Below, in pieces: positions 1-10,377 of a stretch of DNA of 64,000 nt; position 1 is the stretch's first letter; every line of letters starts with the position of its first letter. The notes below the pieces were generated by a model. It did not search any database, had not been told where the DNA came from, and saw nothing but the letters and a program-made list of their open reading frames with translations. Origin of the DNA: an uncultured Candidatus Saccharibacteria bacterium (GTDB lineage Bacteria > Patescibacteriota > Minisyncoccia > Minisyncoccales > CAYTKG01); assembly GCA_964387175.1 (NCBI GenBank), contig CAYLVJ010000001.1, positions 602 through 64,601 of the forward strand, given 5' to 3'. Position numbers and translations under genes: made by a program.

Positions 1-256
1 CAGTACACCTTGCCAGACTTACGGCGATCCTTTTATCACAGCTTCTGGATCACGTGTCAGGGACGGTATTGTTGCTACGAACCTTTTGCCTTTTGGAACG
101 AAAGTAAGAATCCCTGAAGTTTATGGAGACAGGGTTTTCGTAGTAGAAGACAGAATGCATGCTCGTAACTCTCAGAATCTGGACGTGTGGTACTCCGAGT
201 ACTGGGACGCCAAGCGTTTCGGGGTAAAACAAACCTATATTGAGGTCTTAGAATAA
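1..256 (+). CDS. 3D (Asp-Asp-Asp) domain protein, C-terminal part (5' truncated by window edge)
   Basis: Frame 2 manual translation STPCQTYGDPFITASGSRVRDGIVATNLLPFGTKVRIPEVYGDRVFVVEDRMHARNSQNLDVW...IEVLE*, with the TASG / PFGT / VEDR / LDVW motifs of 3D domains; not in the ORF track. Confidence 0.8.
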   Translation, partial: STPCQTYGDPFITASGSRVRDGIVATNLLPFGTKVRIPEVYGDRVFVVEDRMHARNSQNLDVWYSEYWDAKRFGVKQTYIEVLE

Positions 257-276
257 AGGAGGTTTTCTAAAATAAT

Positions 277-306
277 AAAAAGAGCCGTTTTAAACGGCTC
301 TTTTTT
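277..306. terminator. Bidirectional intrinsic terminator
   Basis: AAAAAGAGCCGTTT-T-AAACGGCTCTTTTTT between convergent units. Confidence 0.8.
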
Positions 307-312
307 GTTTTG

Positions 313-384
313 TGCCGCGGGTGAGAATTGAACTCACGACCCTACGCTTTTCAAGCGTATGCTCTACCACTGAGCTACCGCGGC
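313..384 (-). tRNA. tRNA-Phe(GAA)
   Basis: Cloverleaf on minus strand; anticodon arm TACGC-TTGAAAA-GCGTA. Confidence 0.95.
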
Positions 385-388
385 AGTG

Positions 389-462
389 TGGACGATGTAG
401 GACTTGAACCTACGACCTTCTGGATGTAAACCAGACGCTCTAGCCAACTGAGCTAATCGTCC
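389..462 (-). tRNA. tRNA-Val(TAC)
   Basis: Anticodon arm TCTGG-TTTACAT-CCAGA; T-loop GGTTCAAGTCC. Confidence 0.95.
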
Positions 463-470
463 TGTTAGGG

Positions 471-554
471 TGCCCAGGGCGGGATTTGAACCCGCACGCT
501 CGCAAGGAGCATAGGCCCTCAACCTATCGTGTATGCCAATTCCACCACCTGGGC
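471..554 (-). tRNA. tRNA-Leu(GAG)
   Basis: Anticodon arm ATAGG-TTGAGGG-CCTAT; long variable arm. Confidence 0.95.
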
Positions 555-560
555 AAAATT

Positions 561-914
561 TTACTCTTTTCTTCTAAGCCTTGCCTTCTTGCCCTTTCTT
601 TCTCTAAGCCAGTAAAGCTTAGAGCTTCTTACTTTGTGTCGGTCTAAAACCTCTATTTTTTTAATAGTAGGGGAGTGGAGAGGATATATTTTTTCAATCA
701 TCGTTTTTTTGACCTCACCTCTTACAGTGATGGTGCTTCTTACTCCCTTTCCGTGTTTGCGGGCTATTACGACGCCTGCAAAGGGAGAGATTTTTTCTTT
801 TCCATCTTTGTCTTCTCCTGTTTTTCTCCAAACTCTAACTTTGTCTCCCGGACTTATTTCCGGCAGATCATCTCTTTTTTGTTTGGCTTCAAATTTTTCT
901 GTTAAGTTTGTCAT
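561..914 (-). CDS. rplS: 50S ribosomal protein L19
   Basis: PGDKVRV, FAGVVIAR, KVRSSKLYWLR motifs. Confidence 0.95.
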   Translation of the reverse strand: MTNLTEKFEAKQKRDDLPEISPGDKVRVWRKTGEDKDGKEKISPFAGVVIARKHGKGVRSTITVRGEVKKTMIEKIYPLHSPTIKKIEVLDRHKVRSSKLYWLRERKGKKARLRRKE

Positions 915-937
915 AAAATTGTTTAATTTTAACGAGA

Positions 938-1014
938 TGGTGGGCGGTATAGGACTTGAACCTATGACCTTCTCTACGTCAAAGAGACGCTCTAGCCAAC
1001 TGAGCTAACCGCCC
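938..1014 (-). tRNA. tRNA-Val(GAC), CCA encoded
   Basis: Anticodon arm TCTCT-TTGACGT-AGAGA. Confidence 0.95.
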
Positions 1015-1018
1015 GGCT

Positions 1019-1095
1019 TGGTGGGCGTGCGTGGACTCGAACCACGGACCTCTTGTTTATAAGACAAGTGCTCTCACCGACTGAGCTACACGCCC
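1019..1095 (-). tRNA. tRNA-Ile(TAT), CCA encoded
   Basis: Anticodon arm CTTGT-CTTATAA-ACAAG; body nearly identical to tRNA-Ile(GAT) at 62289. Confidence 0.9.
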
Positions 1096-1123
1096 GGGCC
1101 GAACCATTTTAGTCTATTTAATC

Positions 1124-2980
1124 TTAACTGGTATTTAGTATTTTTTCAAATTCTTGTCTCTCAATTGTCTCTTTTTCGACCAAAACCCCAGCTAGTTTTT
1201 CAAGAATTTCTTTGTTTTCCTTCATAATTTCTTCCGTTTTTTTTCTTCCTTCAAGAAGAATATTTCTTATCTCCTTGTCTATTTTTCTGGCTGTCTCTTC
1301 AGAGTAGCTTCTTGCTCCGAACATTTTCTTTTCGAAAGAGGAGAGTCCTTCGTCTTGTTCTACAAATGATATGGGGCCTAAAGAGGACATACCGAACTGT
1401 GTAACCAACCTCTTAGCGATTTCAGTTGCTTTTCTCAGGTCATTTGCTGCTCCGGTGGTTATTTCCCCAAACTTAAAGTTTTCTGCCACGTAGCCTCCGA
1501 GAGCGGTTGATATTTCCGCTAAGAACTGGGATTTTGTGACCAATCTTTTTTCTTTTTCCGGCATTTTAAGCGTGTATCCGGCTGCTTGTCCACGGGCGAT
1601 TATGGAAACTTTTCTTACCTTTTTAGCTTCGGGAAGAAAGTGAGCAACAAGAGCGTGTCCGGCCTCATGAAAAGCGGCGATTTTCTTTTCATCTTTGCCT
1701 AAGAGGTGGCTTCTTCTTTCCGGGCCCAAGAGAACTTTTTCAATTGACTCCAAGAGTTCGTCTTGGTTTATTTCATTTTTTTCTCTTCTTGCGGCGAGTA
1801 TGGCACCTTCATTCATCAGGTTTTCCAAGTCCGCGCCTGAAAATCCGGGTGTTCTTTCTGCAATTTCCCGAAGATCTATATCCCCCGCCAAAGGTTTTTC
1901 CCTTGAGTGTATTTCTAAAACCTTTTTCCTGTCTTTGATATCGGGTAAATCGAGAGTAATCCTTCGATCAAACCTCCCCGGTCTTAAAAGGGCGTGGTCT
2001 AAAGCCTCGGGTTTGTTGGTGGCTCCCATAACTATAACACCCGATCTTTTTTCAAAACCGTCCATTTCGGTGAGAATTTGGTTTAGAGTTTGTTCTCTTT
2101 CTTCCATTCCTCCTCCTCTTAATCCCTGTCCTCTTGCTTTTCCGATGCTGTCCAACTCATCAATAAAGATAATGGCTTTGCCTGCTTTTTTTGCTTGAGA
2201 AAAGAGGTTTCTTACCCGGCTGGCTCCTACACCTACGAAAAGTTCTATAAACTCAGGTCCGGAAATGGAAAAGAAAGGGACTCCGGCTTCATTAGCCACC
2301 GCTCGAGCCAGAAGCGTCTTCCCGGTGCCTGGTGGCCCGACTAAAAGAACTCCTCGGGGTATTTGAGCCCCTATCTTGAAATATTTTTCCGGGGTTTGGA
2401 GAAAATCAACCACTTCTTTCAACTCTCTTTTTGCTTCCTGGAGCCCGGCTACATCTTCGAAAGTTGTTTCCTCTCCATCTTTTCCTCCAGCTCCGAAAAG
2501 CTTGGCCTTTGCTTTTGTGAAGTCAAAGGCGGCTGAGGTGCTGCCCTTGGCGCCTTTAATTATCTTCCAAAAGATAAAAAGTATAAGAAGAGAGGGCACT
2601 AAACTTACCAAAAGAGGAGTGAGCCACCCCCATATGTTTTGATCTTCTTCGAACTTTATTTCAACCTGTTGTAATTTTTCCTTTTCTGCCCCGATACTAA
2701 GCAAGGTTTCCGTGAAGGGCTGGTCTACTGCTTTTAAGGCCTGTTCTGTTTCTCCGTCTTTGTATTTTACCTCCAGCTTTTCTCCTGTCGAAAAAACGCT
2801 TTCTACCTTCTCCTGGTTGATGTCTTTTGCCACCTGGCTTAAAGGTATTGTTTCCTTATTTTCTCCCTGAAACAAAGAAAAAAGAACAAAAATTACCACC
2901 AAGCCTGCCAAAGCGTAGGCTATCATGGAGGTATTCTTTTCTTCTTCGTTTTTTCCTTGTTTTTGATTTAGAAACTTCAT
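1124..2980 (-). CDS. ftsH: ATP-dependent zinc metalloprotease FtsH
   Basis: Two TM helices, GPPGTGKT Walker A, IFIDELD Walker B, HEAGH zinc motif. Confidence 0.97.
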   Translation of the reverse strand: MKFLNQKQGKNEEEKNTSMIAYALAGLVVIFVLFSLFQGENKETIPLSQVAKDINQEKVESVFSTGEKLEVKYKDGETEQALKAVDQPFTETLLSIGAEKEKLQQVEIKFEEDQNIWGWLTPLLVSLVPSLLILFIFWKIIKGAKGSTSAAFDFTKAKAKLFGAGGKDGEETTFEDVAGLQEAKRELKEVVDFLQTPEKYFKIGAQIPRGVLLVGPPGTGKTLLARAVANEAGVPFFSISGPEFIELFVGVGASRVRNLFSQAKKAGKAIIFIDELDSIGKARGQGLRGGGMEEREQTLNQILTEMDGFEKRSGVIVMGATNKPEALDHALLRPGRFDRRITLDLPDIKDRKKVLEIHSREKPLAGDIDLREIAERTPGFSGADLENLMNEGAILAARREKNEINQDELLESIEKVLLGPERRSHLLGKDEKKIAAFHEAGHALVAHFLPEAKKVRKVSIIARGQAAGYTLKMPEKEKRLVTKSQFLAEISTALGGYVAENFKFGEITTGAANDLRKATEIAKRLVTQFGMSSLGPISFVEQDEGLSSFEKKMFGARSYSEETARKIDKEIRNILLEGRKKTEEIMKENKEILEKLAGVLVEKETIERQEFEKILNTS

Positions 2981-2982
2981 TT

Positions 2983-4065
2983 TTAAGCGAATTTTAAGAT
3001 CATTCGATGTTCTTCCGGATCCAAAAGAGAGATCTTGAATTCATATTTTTCTCCGACGTCCAACTCTTCCTTCATCTTTTTTTCCGTTCCGAATTCGGAG
3101 ATATGAATCAAGCCCTGAATTTTTTCGTTGATTTTAACGAATGCTCCAAAGGGATTTAATTTGGTTACGGTTCCTTCAACCGTATCTCCCTTTTTAAACT
3201 CTTTTCCGATTTCTTCCCATGGATCTTCCTTGAGTGATTTAAGGGAAAGGGAAACTTTTCCTTGAGAGATGTCTATTATTTTAGCTTCGACTACTTCTCC
3301 CGGTTCCACCACGTCCTGCGGGTCTTCTATGAGCTGCCAGGCGAGTTCAGAGATATGTATCAAGCCCTCCATGGTTGATTTTTCCCCGCCTTCAGAGTAG
3401 GGGAATTTAATAAAGGCGCCGAAATCAACCACCCCTGTAATTTCTCCTTTTACCACGTCTCCCTCCTCATATTTTTCCAAAACCTCGGCTATTTTTTCAG
3501 AGCCCACTTCTTTTTCAGAAAGGATTAAATTATTTTCTGTCGGGTCGAGAGTAAGGACAGTAACTTCCATTTTTTCTCCTACGAAATTTTTCAACTCATC
3601 CAAGATTTTTTCCGGGTCGCCTCCTTCCACCTTTGGATAGTTTTCCGGTCTAAGCTGTGAAACGGGTAAGAATCCAGGAATGCCGGACACATAGGCGATA
3701 AGTCCTCCGCGGTTCGCTTTTGAGATTTGAACCTCCAGGGATTTTCCTTCTTCTTTTAACTTTTTTAACTTTTTCCATGCTTTTTCCTCGTGAGCTTTAG
3801 TGATGGAAAGTTCGATGAAACCGCCTTCTCCGTCTGGGTCGAGCACCTTAGCCTTAACAGTTAGTCCTTTTTTAATTTCTGTTAATTTTTTAGCTTTGAA
3901 ATATTCTTTGCCGTAGACTATACCTGTTCCAAAAGGGCTCAAGTCCACAAAAAGAGCCAATCTCTCTTGGCTTATTATTTTTCCTTTGACCATATCTCCT
4001 TCCGTCGGATAGTCGAAAAAAGGAGAAAGGTCTTCTTTTTGAAGTAAGTTTTTCATTAAATTCAT
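2983..4065 (-). CDS. rpsA: 30S ribosomal protein S1-like, four S1 domains
   Basis: Repeated S1 motifs (GFLPVSQL, FGAF..GLIHISE twice). Confidence 0.8.
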   Translation of the reverse strand: MNLMKNLLQKEDLSPFFDYPTEGDMVKGKIISQERLALFVDLSPFGTGIVYGKEYFKAKKLTEIKKGLTVKAKVLDPDGEGGFIELSITKAHEEKAWKKLKKLKEEGKSLEVQISKANRGGLIAYVSGIPGFLPVSQLRPENYPKVEGGDPEKILDELKNFVGEKMEVTVLTLDPTENNLILSEKEVGSEKIAEVLEKYEEGDVVKGEITGVVDFGAFIKFPYSEGGEKSTMEGLIHISELAWQLIEDPQDVVEPGEVVEAKIIDISQGKVSLSLKSLKEDPWEEIGKEFKKGDTVEGTVTKLNPFGAFVKINEKIQGLIHISEFGTEKKMKEELDVGEKYEFKISLLDPEEHRMILKFA

Positions 4066-4204
4066 ATATTTTACTATAACATGAAAGTTTTCCTCTGCAA
4101 GTGATTATTTTGATAATCTTTCCTTTTGTTTTAAAATTAAAAGCAGCGGGGCGGAAATGTTTTCCTCGCTTGGTTTTTATTATTAGATTTGGTAAAATTA
4201 ATCA

Positions 4205-4813
4205 ATGGTTGTACGCATAAGAAAAGTAGAAAAGGGAAGGGTACGTCTTCTTTTTCCCTATAGAAAAGAAAGAAGAAAAAGAGTGAAGGTTATAATAGGG
4301 CCCTGGGAGGGGGATCTTAATTCTCTTTCCTCAGAAAGTGATATTCTAGCCTCTCCTATTAAACAGGACACAAAGGTCAGCAAAAGGAAAGGTGCTTTTT
4401 TAATCGATGGTCCTGGGGAGTATGAGGTGAAGGGAGTTTTTGTAACCGGTATAGAAGATTCGGGTGAGGGTGTTATTTACGCTTTTAAGACGGAAAGGAT
4501 TCAAACTTGTTTTCTTCCGGCTTTAAACAAGGAGGAGCTGGAGATAAATCAGTTGGAGAAGATGGACGACGTTCATCTTTTACTTTTTCCGCTTGACCCG
4601 GATGATTTGCCCCGGGTGAAATGGCTTAAAAACGTAGTGGCGCAAATTGAGCCCGAGATTATGGTTTTTGTTAAGCAAAACGGAGGGGAGAAAAAAATAG
4701 AAAAGTTCTTAAAAGAGATGGATATTAAAAACGGCGAGGAAGAGGAAGAGTTCAGCTTTGGAACGTCTGATTTTGAAAAGGATAAAACCAAGTACTTTAT
4801 CTTAGGTGACTGA
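4205..4813 (+). CDS. MBL-fold (Zn-dependent hydrolase-like) protein, probably degenerate
   Basis: IDGPGEYEVKGVFVTG and QIEP motifs of this family; His metal ligands not evident. Confidence 0.6.
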   Translation: MVVRIRKVEKGRVRLLFPYRKERRKRVKVIIGPWEGDLNSLSSESDILASPIKQDTKVSKRKGAFLIDGPGEYEVKGVFVTGIEDSGEGVIYAFKTERIQTCFLPALNKEELEINQLEKMDDVHLLLFPLDPDDLPRVKWLKNVVAQIEPEIMVFVKQNGGEKKIEKFLKEMDIKNGEEEEEFSFGTSDFEKDKTKYFILGD

Positions 4814-5156
4814 AGAAAAGTTAAAAAAACAAGAAAATATTCTTGATAAGGTTCGGAAATGGCCGGAACTTTATCGTAAAGCCCTCTTATGGTTTCTTAT
4901 CGCTTTACTTTTCGTCGGGCTTTTTTATTTATTTCTTCTAAGGACTAAAAACAGGATTGAAAGACATTCTGGAGGAAAAATAGAAAGAAAAGAGAAGGAA
5001 GAGGTGGAAAATACGATGGGAGAAATAAAAAATGAATGGGAGATCTTGCAGGAGGAAAGTGGAGAAATTAAAAAGAGGCTTGAGGAGATGTCTGAAGAAG
5101 AAATGCAAGAAGAGATTGAAAACTTAGAAGGGGGAAGTTCCTTATTTTCAAATTAA
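4806..5156 (+). CDS. Hypothetical single-pass membrane protein with acidic coiled coil
   Basis: One TM segment; fits between flanking genes. Confidence 0.65.
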   Translation: MTEEKLKKQENILDKVRKWPELYRKALLWFLIALLFVGLFYLFLLRTKNRIERHSGGKIERKEKEEVENTMGEIKNEWEILQEESGEIKKRLEEMSEEEMQEEIENLEGGSSLFSN

Positions 5157-5167
5157 AATAACTAAAA

Positions 5168-8100
5168 ATGCCTAAACAAAGAAAGAAAAAAAATACTGAT
5201 ATTGGGATGGTGAAGCCGCTTTCTATTGTTGAAGAAATGAAAAATTCTTATATCAGCTACGCTATGTCCGTTATTGTATCAAGAGCTCTTCCGGATGTCC
5301 GGGACGGGTTGAAGCCGGTTCAAAGAAGGATACTTTTTGCAATGGATAAGATGGGTCTTTCACCCGGCGGAAGTTTCAGGAAATCAGCCACCGTAGTAGG
5401 ATCCGTTTTAGGGAATTACCATCCTCACAGTGATACTGCGGCTTACCACGCTATGGTTAGAATGGCTCAGGATTTTTCAATGCGTTATCCACTGGTTAAA
5501 CCCCAGGGAAACTTTGGTTCTTTGGACGGGGATCCTCCGGCCAGCATGCGTTATTGTGTGACCGGGGACTCGATGGTTGTAACGGACCGCTGCACCCAAA
5601 GAATCGGCAGCATCTCGGAAGAAGAAGACGTTGATCTCAAGGTTTTGTCGTTTGGGAAAAAAATTAACGAAGCGTCTAAGCTTTTTGACTCCGGAGTTTG
5701 GCCGGTAGTTGAAGTTACAACTTCAAAAGGATACTCCCTAAAAGGTACCGAAAACCACCCCGTTTTAACCCTGCAAAAGTGTGAAGAGGGGAAACCTGTT
5801 TTTAGGTGGAAACTTTTGGGAGAAATTGAAGAAAAAGACCTTGCTGTTATAGACAGAAGCAATGTTTTGTGGCCCACGATGGAGCCGGAATTGGATAAAA
5901 TTTCAAGCAACAAAGATCTTCCTAGTCGGATGTCTCCCGAACTCTCGTTTTTCATGGGTTCACTTTTAAGCAGGGGTTTTAGCTATTGCGGCGGGGAGTC
6001 CTTAAAGGTTAGCTTAAACACAAAAGATCTTTCAGAGAAGTTCGCGGCTTGTTTTGAAGAATTGTTTCCGGGCTCCAGCTTAAAGAGGGTTGCCGATAAA
6101 AAGAAAAACTCAACCACTTTCAAGATAACCTCTCGAGATGTTGTCGGGTTTTTTAAAAAGTTAGGGCTTAGTGAGTCTTCTCCAGTGATACCCGAGGTTA
6201 TCTTAGACTCCAGACGGGAATCTGTGAGAGAGTTTGTTAAAGCCTTTTTTGAAAAAGGCCGCGGCTACTTTGTTTCAGATGAGAAACTGGCAAAAGAGCT
6301 GCAGGTTCTTTTGCTGCGGTTCGGGGTTGTCTCAAGTTTAAGCCGGGTGGAGGGAAAGGTTAAACTTTCACTGGAAGGAGAAAAAAGTGTCTCGAAAGAG
6401 AAGCCGGGTTTAAATTGGGTTCCTTTTCTTTCTTCTTACATCAAGAGAAAATATGAAAGCAAGGTTAAAGAAAAAACAAGAGATTGGCTTTTAAAATCCG
6501 ACTTTGATTCTTACGGGAAAATTAAAAATCACAAGGACAAGCTTGAAGAAATATTAGACAAGGAAGATTATAGGTTGGTAAAAGAGATTCTTGAAGGTAA
6601 TTATTGTTTTGACCGAATTGTTTCTATTGAAGAAAAAGGAGAAGAAAGAGTCTATTCCTTTAAGGTGGAAAGCGATTGTCATTCTTTCGTGTCAAATGGT
6701 TTTGTAAGTCACAACACGGAAAGCAAGCTTTCTAAGATGGGGGCTTTGATGCTGGAAGATCGCGCGAAAGACACGGTTAACATGAGTGAAAACTTTGACG
6801 GAACAAAACAAGAACCCGATGTTTTACCTTCTCCCGTTCCTCAGCTTCTTTTAAACGGCTGTCTTGGGATTGCTGTCGGAGTGGCGACTAAAATACCGCC
6901 TCACAATTTGGAGGAGTTGTGTGATGCTACCGCTCACCTTATAGACAACCCGAAATCCAACACAGAGGATCTTTTTGAGTTCATCAAGGGGCCCGATTTT
7001 CCAACTGGAGGGGTGATTTATGACCGGGAGAGTATGATAGAAACATATTCTCACGGCAACGGCGGGATTGTAGTTAGAGGAAGAGCAGAGATTGTAGAAG
7101 GACGTAAAAGAGCCCGCATCGTTATTTCAGAAATTCCTTACGGACTTCAAAAAACAAAACTTCTGCGTAAAATTGCGAAGCTGGTTCAAAAAGGAGACCT
7201 GGAAAAAATTAAAGATATAAGGGACGAGTCCGACCAGGACGGAGTCAGGGTGGTCTTGGATCTTAAAAGAGGTGCTTATCCCAAAAGAATTTTAAATCTT
7301 CTTTACAAGAAGACTCCTCTTCAGCAGACCTTTCATTTGAATATGGTGGCTTTGGAAAAAGGCATTCAACCCAAGCGTATGAGTTTGGCTGAGGTTTTAA
7401 GTCAATTCGTGGAGCATAGAAAAGAAGTAATAAGGAGAAGAACTAGATATGATAAGGACAAGGCGGAAAGAAGGGCTCACATTTTGGAGGGTTTCAGTAA
7501 AGCCATTGATGATATAGATGCGGTGATTGAAACCATTAAAGCTTCTGAAGACAGGGATGATGCTAAGAAGAATTTAATGAAAGACTTTGATCTCAGCGAA
7601 GAACAGGCGGAGGCGATACTTAATATGAGGCTTTCTTCTTTAGCCAAAATGGAAAGAAAAAATATTTTGGACGAATTGAAAGAGAAAAAAGAACTAATAG
7701 AAAGACTAACCGCTATCTTGGAAGATCCGGAAAAGGTAAGGGATATTTTTAAAGAAGAATTAGAAGAGATAAAAGAAAAATTCGGCGAGGGAAGAAGAAC
7801 CAAGGTTTTTGCAAAGAAAGCCGATGAAATATCGGCTGAAGACTTGATTCCTGAAGAAGAATGCGTTGTGGCTCTAACTCAAAAAGGGAGAATAAAAAGA
7901 GTAAGCCCCTCCAGCTACAGAGTGCAGCACAGAGGTGGCAAGGGAGTGATAGGGGCGAAGACAAAAGAAGAAGACAGGGTGGAGCATCTTGTCTTTGCCA
8001 ATACTCACGATGATATTCTTTTCTTTACCGACTCGGGCAAGGTCTTTAAAACGAAGGTTTATGAGGTGCCGGCGGCCCAAAGAACGGCGAAAGGGATTAA

Positions 8101-8779
8101 TATTATGAACTTTTTACAGATTTCTTCTGAAGATAGAATATTAGCTCTTCTTTCTCTTTCTTCTTCGGAAAAAAAGAAAAACTCTTATCTTGTTATGGCC
8201 ACCAAAGAAGGAAAAGTTAAAAAGACCGACCTGAAAGAGTTTGAAGACGTAAGAAGAAGCGGACTAATAGCCATCAATCTTAAAAAGAGAGACCTTTTGT
8301 GCGACGTGGCTAAGTGCAAAAAGAAAGAAAGTGTGTTTCTCATCAGCAGAAAAGGTAAGGCGATAAGGTTTGATCAAAAAGAAGTAAGGAGTATGGGAAG
8401 AACCGCGATGGGGGTTAAGGGAATGGATCTTGACAGTGACGACGAAGTAATAGGGATGGAGGTTGTAAAAGATGACAAAAACGAACTTTTAATTGTTACA
8501 AAAAAAGGTTTCGGTAAAAGAACCGAGATGTCGGAATACAGGGTGCAGGGAAGATCCGGCAAGGGCGTTAAAGCGGCAAATATCACCAAAAAAACCGGTT
8601 TGGTGGCTGCAGCTCGTGTTTTAACTGGGGAAGAAGAAAACCTGATGATTATTTCTGAAAAGGGGAAAGTGATAAAAACAAGAGTGAAAGATATTTCCAA
8701 GATGGGGAGGGTAACACAAGGGGTCATAATAATGAAGCTAAGAAAGGGTGATAAGGTGGCCTCGATAAGCTGCAGTTAG
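5168..8779 (+). CDS. gyrA: DNA gyrase subunit A (intein-containing)
   Basis: [16 protein letters not shown], active-site MRY, GyrA-box QHRGGKG, C-terminal beta-pinwheel repeats. Confidence 0.97.
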   Translation: MPKQRKKKNTDIGMVKPLSIVEEMKNSYISYAMSVIVSRALPDVRDGLKPVQRRILFAMDKMGLSPGGSFRKSATVVGSVLGNYHPHSDTAAYHAMVRMAQDFSMRYPLVKPQGNFGSLDGDPPASMRYCVTGDSMVVTDRCTQRIGSISEEEDVDLKVLSFGKKINEASKLFDSGVWPVVEVTTSKGYSLKGTENHPVLTLQKCEEGKPVFRWKLLGEIEEKDLAVIDRSNVLWPTMEPELDKISSNKDLPSRMSPELSFFMGSLLSRGFSYCGGESLKVSLNTKDLSEKFAACFEELFPGSSLKRVADKKKNSTTFKITSRDVVGFFKKLGLSESSPVIPEVILDSRRESVREFVKAFFEKGRGYFVSDEKLAKELQVLLLRFGVVSSLSRVEGKVKLSLEGEKSVSKEKPGLNWVPFLSSYIKRKYESKVKEKTRDWLLKSDFDSYGKIKNHKDKLEEILDKEDYRLVKEILEGNYCFDRIVSIEEKGEERVYSFKVESDCHSFVSNGFVSHNTESKLSKMGALMLEDRAKDTVNMSENFDGTKQEPDVLPSPVPQLLLNGCLGIAVGVATKIPPHNLEELCDATAHLIDNPKSNTEDLFEFIKGPDFPTGGVIYDRESMIETYSHGNGGIVVRGRAEIVEGRKRARIVISEIPYGLQKTKLLRKIAKLVQKGDLEKIKDIRDESDQDGVRVVLDLKRGAYPKRILNLLYKKTPLQQTFHLNMVALEKGIQPKRMSLAEVLSQFVEHRKEVIRRRTRYDKDKAERRAHILEGFSKAIDDIDAVIETIKASEDRDDAKKNLMKDFDLSEEQAEAILNMRLSSLAKMERKNILDELKEKKELIERLTAILEDPEKVRDIFKEELEEIKEKFGEGRRTKVFAKKADEISAEDLIPEEECVVALTQKGRIKRVSPSSYRVQHRGGKGVIGAKTKEEDRVEHLVFANTHDDILFFTDSGKVFKTKVYEVPAAQRTAKGINIMNFLQISSEDRILALLSLSSSEKKKNSYLVMATKEGKVKKTDLKEFEDVRRSGLIAINLKKRDLLCDVAKCKKKESVFLISRKGKAIRFDQKEVRSMGRTAMGVKGMDLDSDDEVIGMEVVKDDKNELLIVTKKGFGKRTEMSEYRVQGRSGKGVKAANITKKTGLVAAARVLTGEEENLMIISEKGKVIKTRVKDISKMGRVTQGVIIMKLRKGDKVASISCS
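5555..6715 (+). mobile_element. Intein (387 aa) in GyrA with degenerate LAGLIDADG endonuclease remnant
   Basis: Begins CVTGDS immediately after the catalytic Tyr; block B TENHP; ends [12 protein letters not shown] followed by +1 Thr. Confidence 0.93.
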
Positions 8780-8824
8780 CTTGCGGGTTGAAAATCAACT
8801 AAAAAAGCGGTAAAATTAAAAAAC

Positions 8825-9337
8825 ATGTTAAATCCTAAGGATGTTTTAAGTAGAATTAAGCTGGAGAAGAACATGAAAGCGGCTGAGTTTGGTTGCGGCT
8901 CCGGCAAGTTTGCTCTTCTTTTAGCTGAGAAACTGAAGGAAGGCAAGGTTTATGGGTTTGACATTCAAAAAGAGCCACTCTCTGTTTTAGAGAAAAACGC
9001 TGATCAAAAAGGATTTTTCAATGTAGTGGGGGAAAGGTGCGACTTGGAAAAAGAAAGAGCAACTGCAAAGCCCGATGGTTTTTTTGACCTTGTTTTCATT
9101 CCCAACCTTTTGTTTCAGGTGCAAGGACAAGAAAATGTGATTAAGGAAGCCTCCAGGGTGACAAAAGCAGGCGGGACAGTGGTGGTTATAGATTGGAAAA
9201 AAGAAGCGGCCTTTGGACCTAAGGAAGGAAGAATAGACCGGGGGGAAGTTTTAGACATGGCTCAAGAAAACGGACTTACTTTAAAAAGAGAGCTTGAACC
9301 TGGATCATTTCATTTCGCATTAATTTTTGAAAAATGA
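8825..9337 (+). CDS. Class I SAM-dependent methyltransferase
   Basis: EFGCGSG motif I; VVIDWK. Confidence 0.85.
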   Translation: MLNPKDVLSRIKLEKNMKAAEFGCGSGKFALLLAEKLKEGKVYGFDIQKEPLSVLEKNADQKGFFNVVGERCDLEKERATAKPDGFFDLVFIPNLLFQVQGQENVIKEASRVTKAGGTVVVIDWKKEAAFGPKEGRIDRGEVLDMAQENGLTLKRELEPGSFHFALIFEK

Positions 9338-9756
9338 AAAAGATATTTTTAATTCTTTTAATGGCTGGCTTGTTATTTTCCTTGATAAGTTATGGATTGA
9401 CATTTAGAAACTCTATTGAGGCAGAAACTTTTGAAGAGTTAATAGAAAGCGTTCTTGATTTTCTCTTTTATATCGGCTTAGCAGCAGTTCCTTTAATGGT
9501 TGTTTTGGGAGGATTTTTCATAGCTACCGCCGGGGGAGACAGTAAACGCTTTAAGAGGGGTCAAAACTTTATACTTTATGCGGTAATTGGATTAGTCGTT
9601 TTACTTTTGGCCCGGGGAATAATTGCTTTTATCAGGCATGCCATAGGTTATGAAAACGGAGAAAGTATGAGAAGGGTGAGAATTGTTAAAAAAGATGATT
9701 TATTTAAAAAAGAATTAAAAGGTCGAACTAGTAATGAAATAAAAATTGAATTATGA
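9334..9756 (+). CDS. TrbC/VirB2-like pilin-family membrane protein
   Basis: Signal peptide plus two TMs with GGF..TAGGD...G...I.YAVIGL motif. Confidence 0.7.
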   Translation: MKKIFLILLMAGLLFSLISYGLTFRNSIEAETFEELIESVLDFLFYIGLAAVPLMVVLGGFFIATAGGDSKRFKRGQNFILYAVIGLVVLLLARGIIAFIRHAIGYENGESMRRVRIVKKDDLFKKELKGRTSNEIKIEL

Positions 9757-10211
9757 ATAGTAAATTAATATTAGCGATTGTTTTCGCTTCTTTGTTTGTG
9801 GGTGTTGCTGGATGGATGCTTGGTCCGCAGCTTGCTATGGCCCAAGATGGGATTCCCACTTCATGTACGGTTAGAAAAGAAACCGGTATTGATGAATGTC
9901 CAGATCCAGCGGAAGATGGCACTGCTGCTGAATGTCAGTATGATTACGAAGGAGACGATTACGATGGAGGGTTGTGTGGGCTTTGTTGTACGGTAAGTAC
10001 TATTTATTATGTAATGGACATCGTTTTCATTGTCTTAATGGCAGTTGTTGTTGGCTTGGTTGTTATAGGGGCCTTTATGATAATGACCGCTGGAGGAGAT
10101 CCAGATAATTTTGGGAAAGGTCGAAAAATGATTATGTTCGCTGCCATCGGATTAGCAGTTGCCTTATTGGCAAGAGCCGTTCCTGCTTTAGTTAAGTTTA
10201 TAATTGGCTGA
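9753..10211 (+). CDS. TrbC/VirB2-like pilin-family protein with Cys-rich acidic N-terminal segment
   Basis: Signal peptide (AMA), Cys-rich region, MTAGGDP...GRKMIMFAAIGL. Confidence 0.7.
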   Translation: MNSKLILAIVFASLFVGVAGWMLGPQLAMAQDGIPTSCTVRKETGIDECPDPAEDGTAAECQYDYEGDDYDGGLCGLCCTVSTIYYVMDIVFIVLMAVVVGLVVIGAFMIMTAGGDPDNFGKGRKMIMFAAIGLAVALLARAVPALVKFIIG

Positions 10212-10217
10212 ATCCTT

Positions 10218-10248
10218 AAAGCCCTAAATTTATAGTTTAGGGCTTTCT
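10218..10248 (+). terminator. Intrinsic terminator-like hairpin
   Basis: AAAGCCCTAAAT...GTTTAGGGCTTT after the pilin pair. Confidence 0.6.
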
Positions 10249-10251
10249 CTG

Positions 10252-10334
10252 GCCGCGGTGGTGAAATTGGCAAACACGCATGGTTTAGGACCATGTGCCT
10301 TCTTGGCTTGTGGGTTCGAGTCCCACCCGCGGCA
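10252..10334 (+). tRNA. tRNA-Leu(TAG)
   Basis: Anticodon arm CATGG-TTTAGGA-CCATG; long variable arm. Confidence 0.95.
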
Positions 10335-10337
10335 TAG

Positions 10338-10368
10338 AAAAAACCGTCTTTTTTGTAGACGGTTTTTT
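10338..10368. terminator. Bidirectional intrinsic terminator
   Basis: AAAAAACCGTCT...AGACGGTTTTTT. Confidence 0.75.
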
Positions 10369-10377
10369 AATTCTTTT

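Noticed and set aside
50-232. 60-aa minus-strand ORF
   Set aside because: Antisense to the 3D-domain gene on the plus strand
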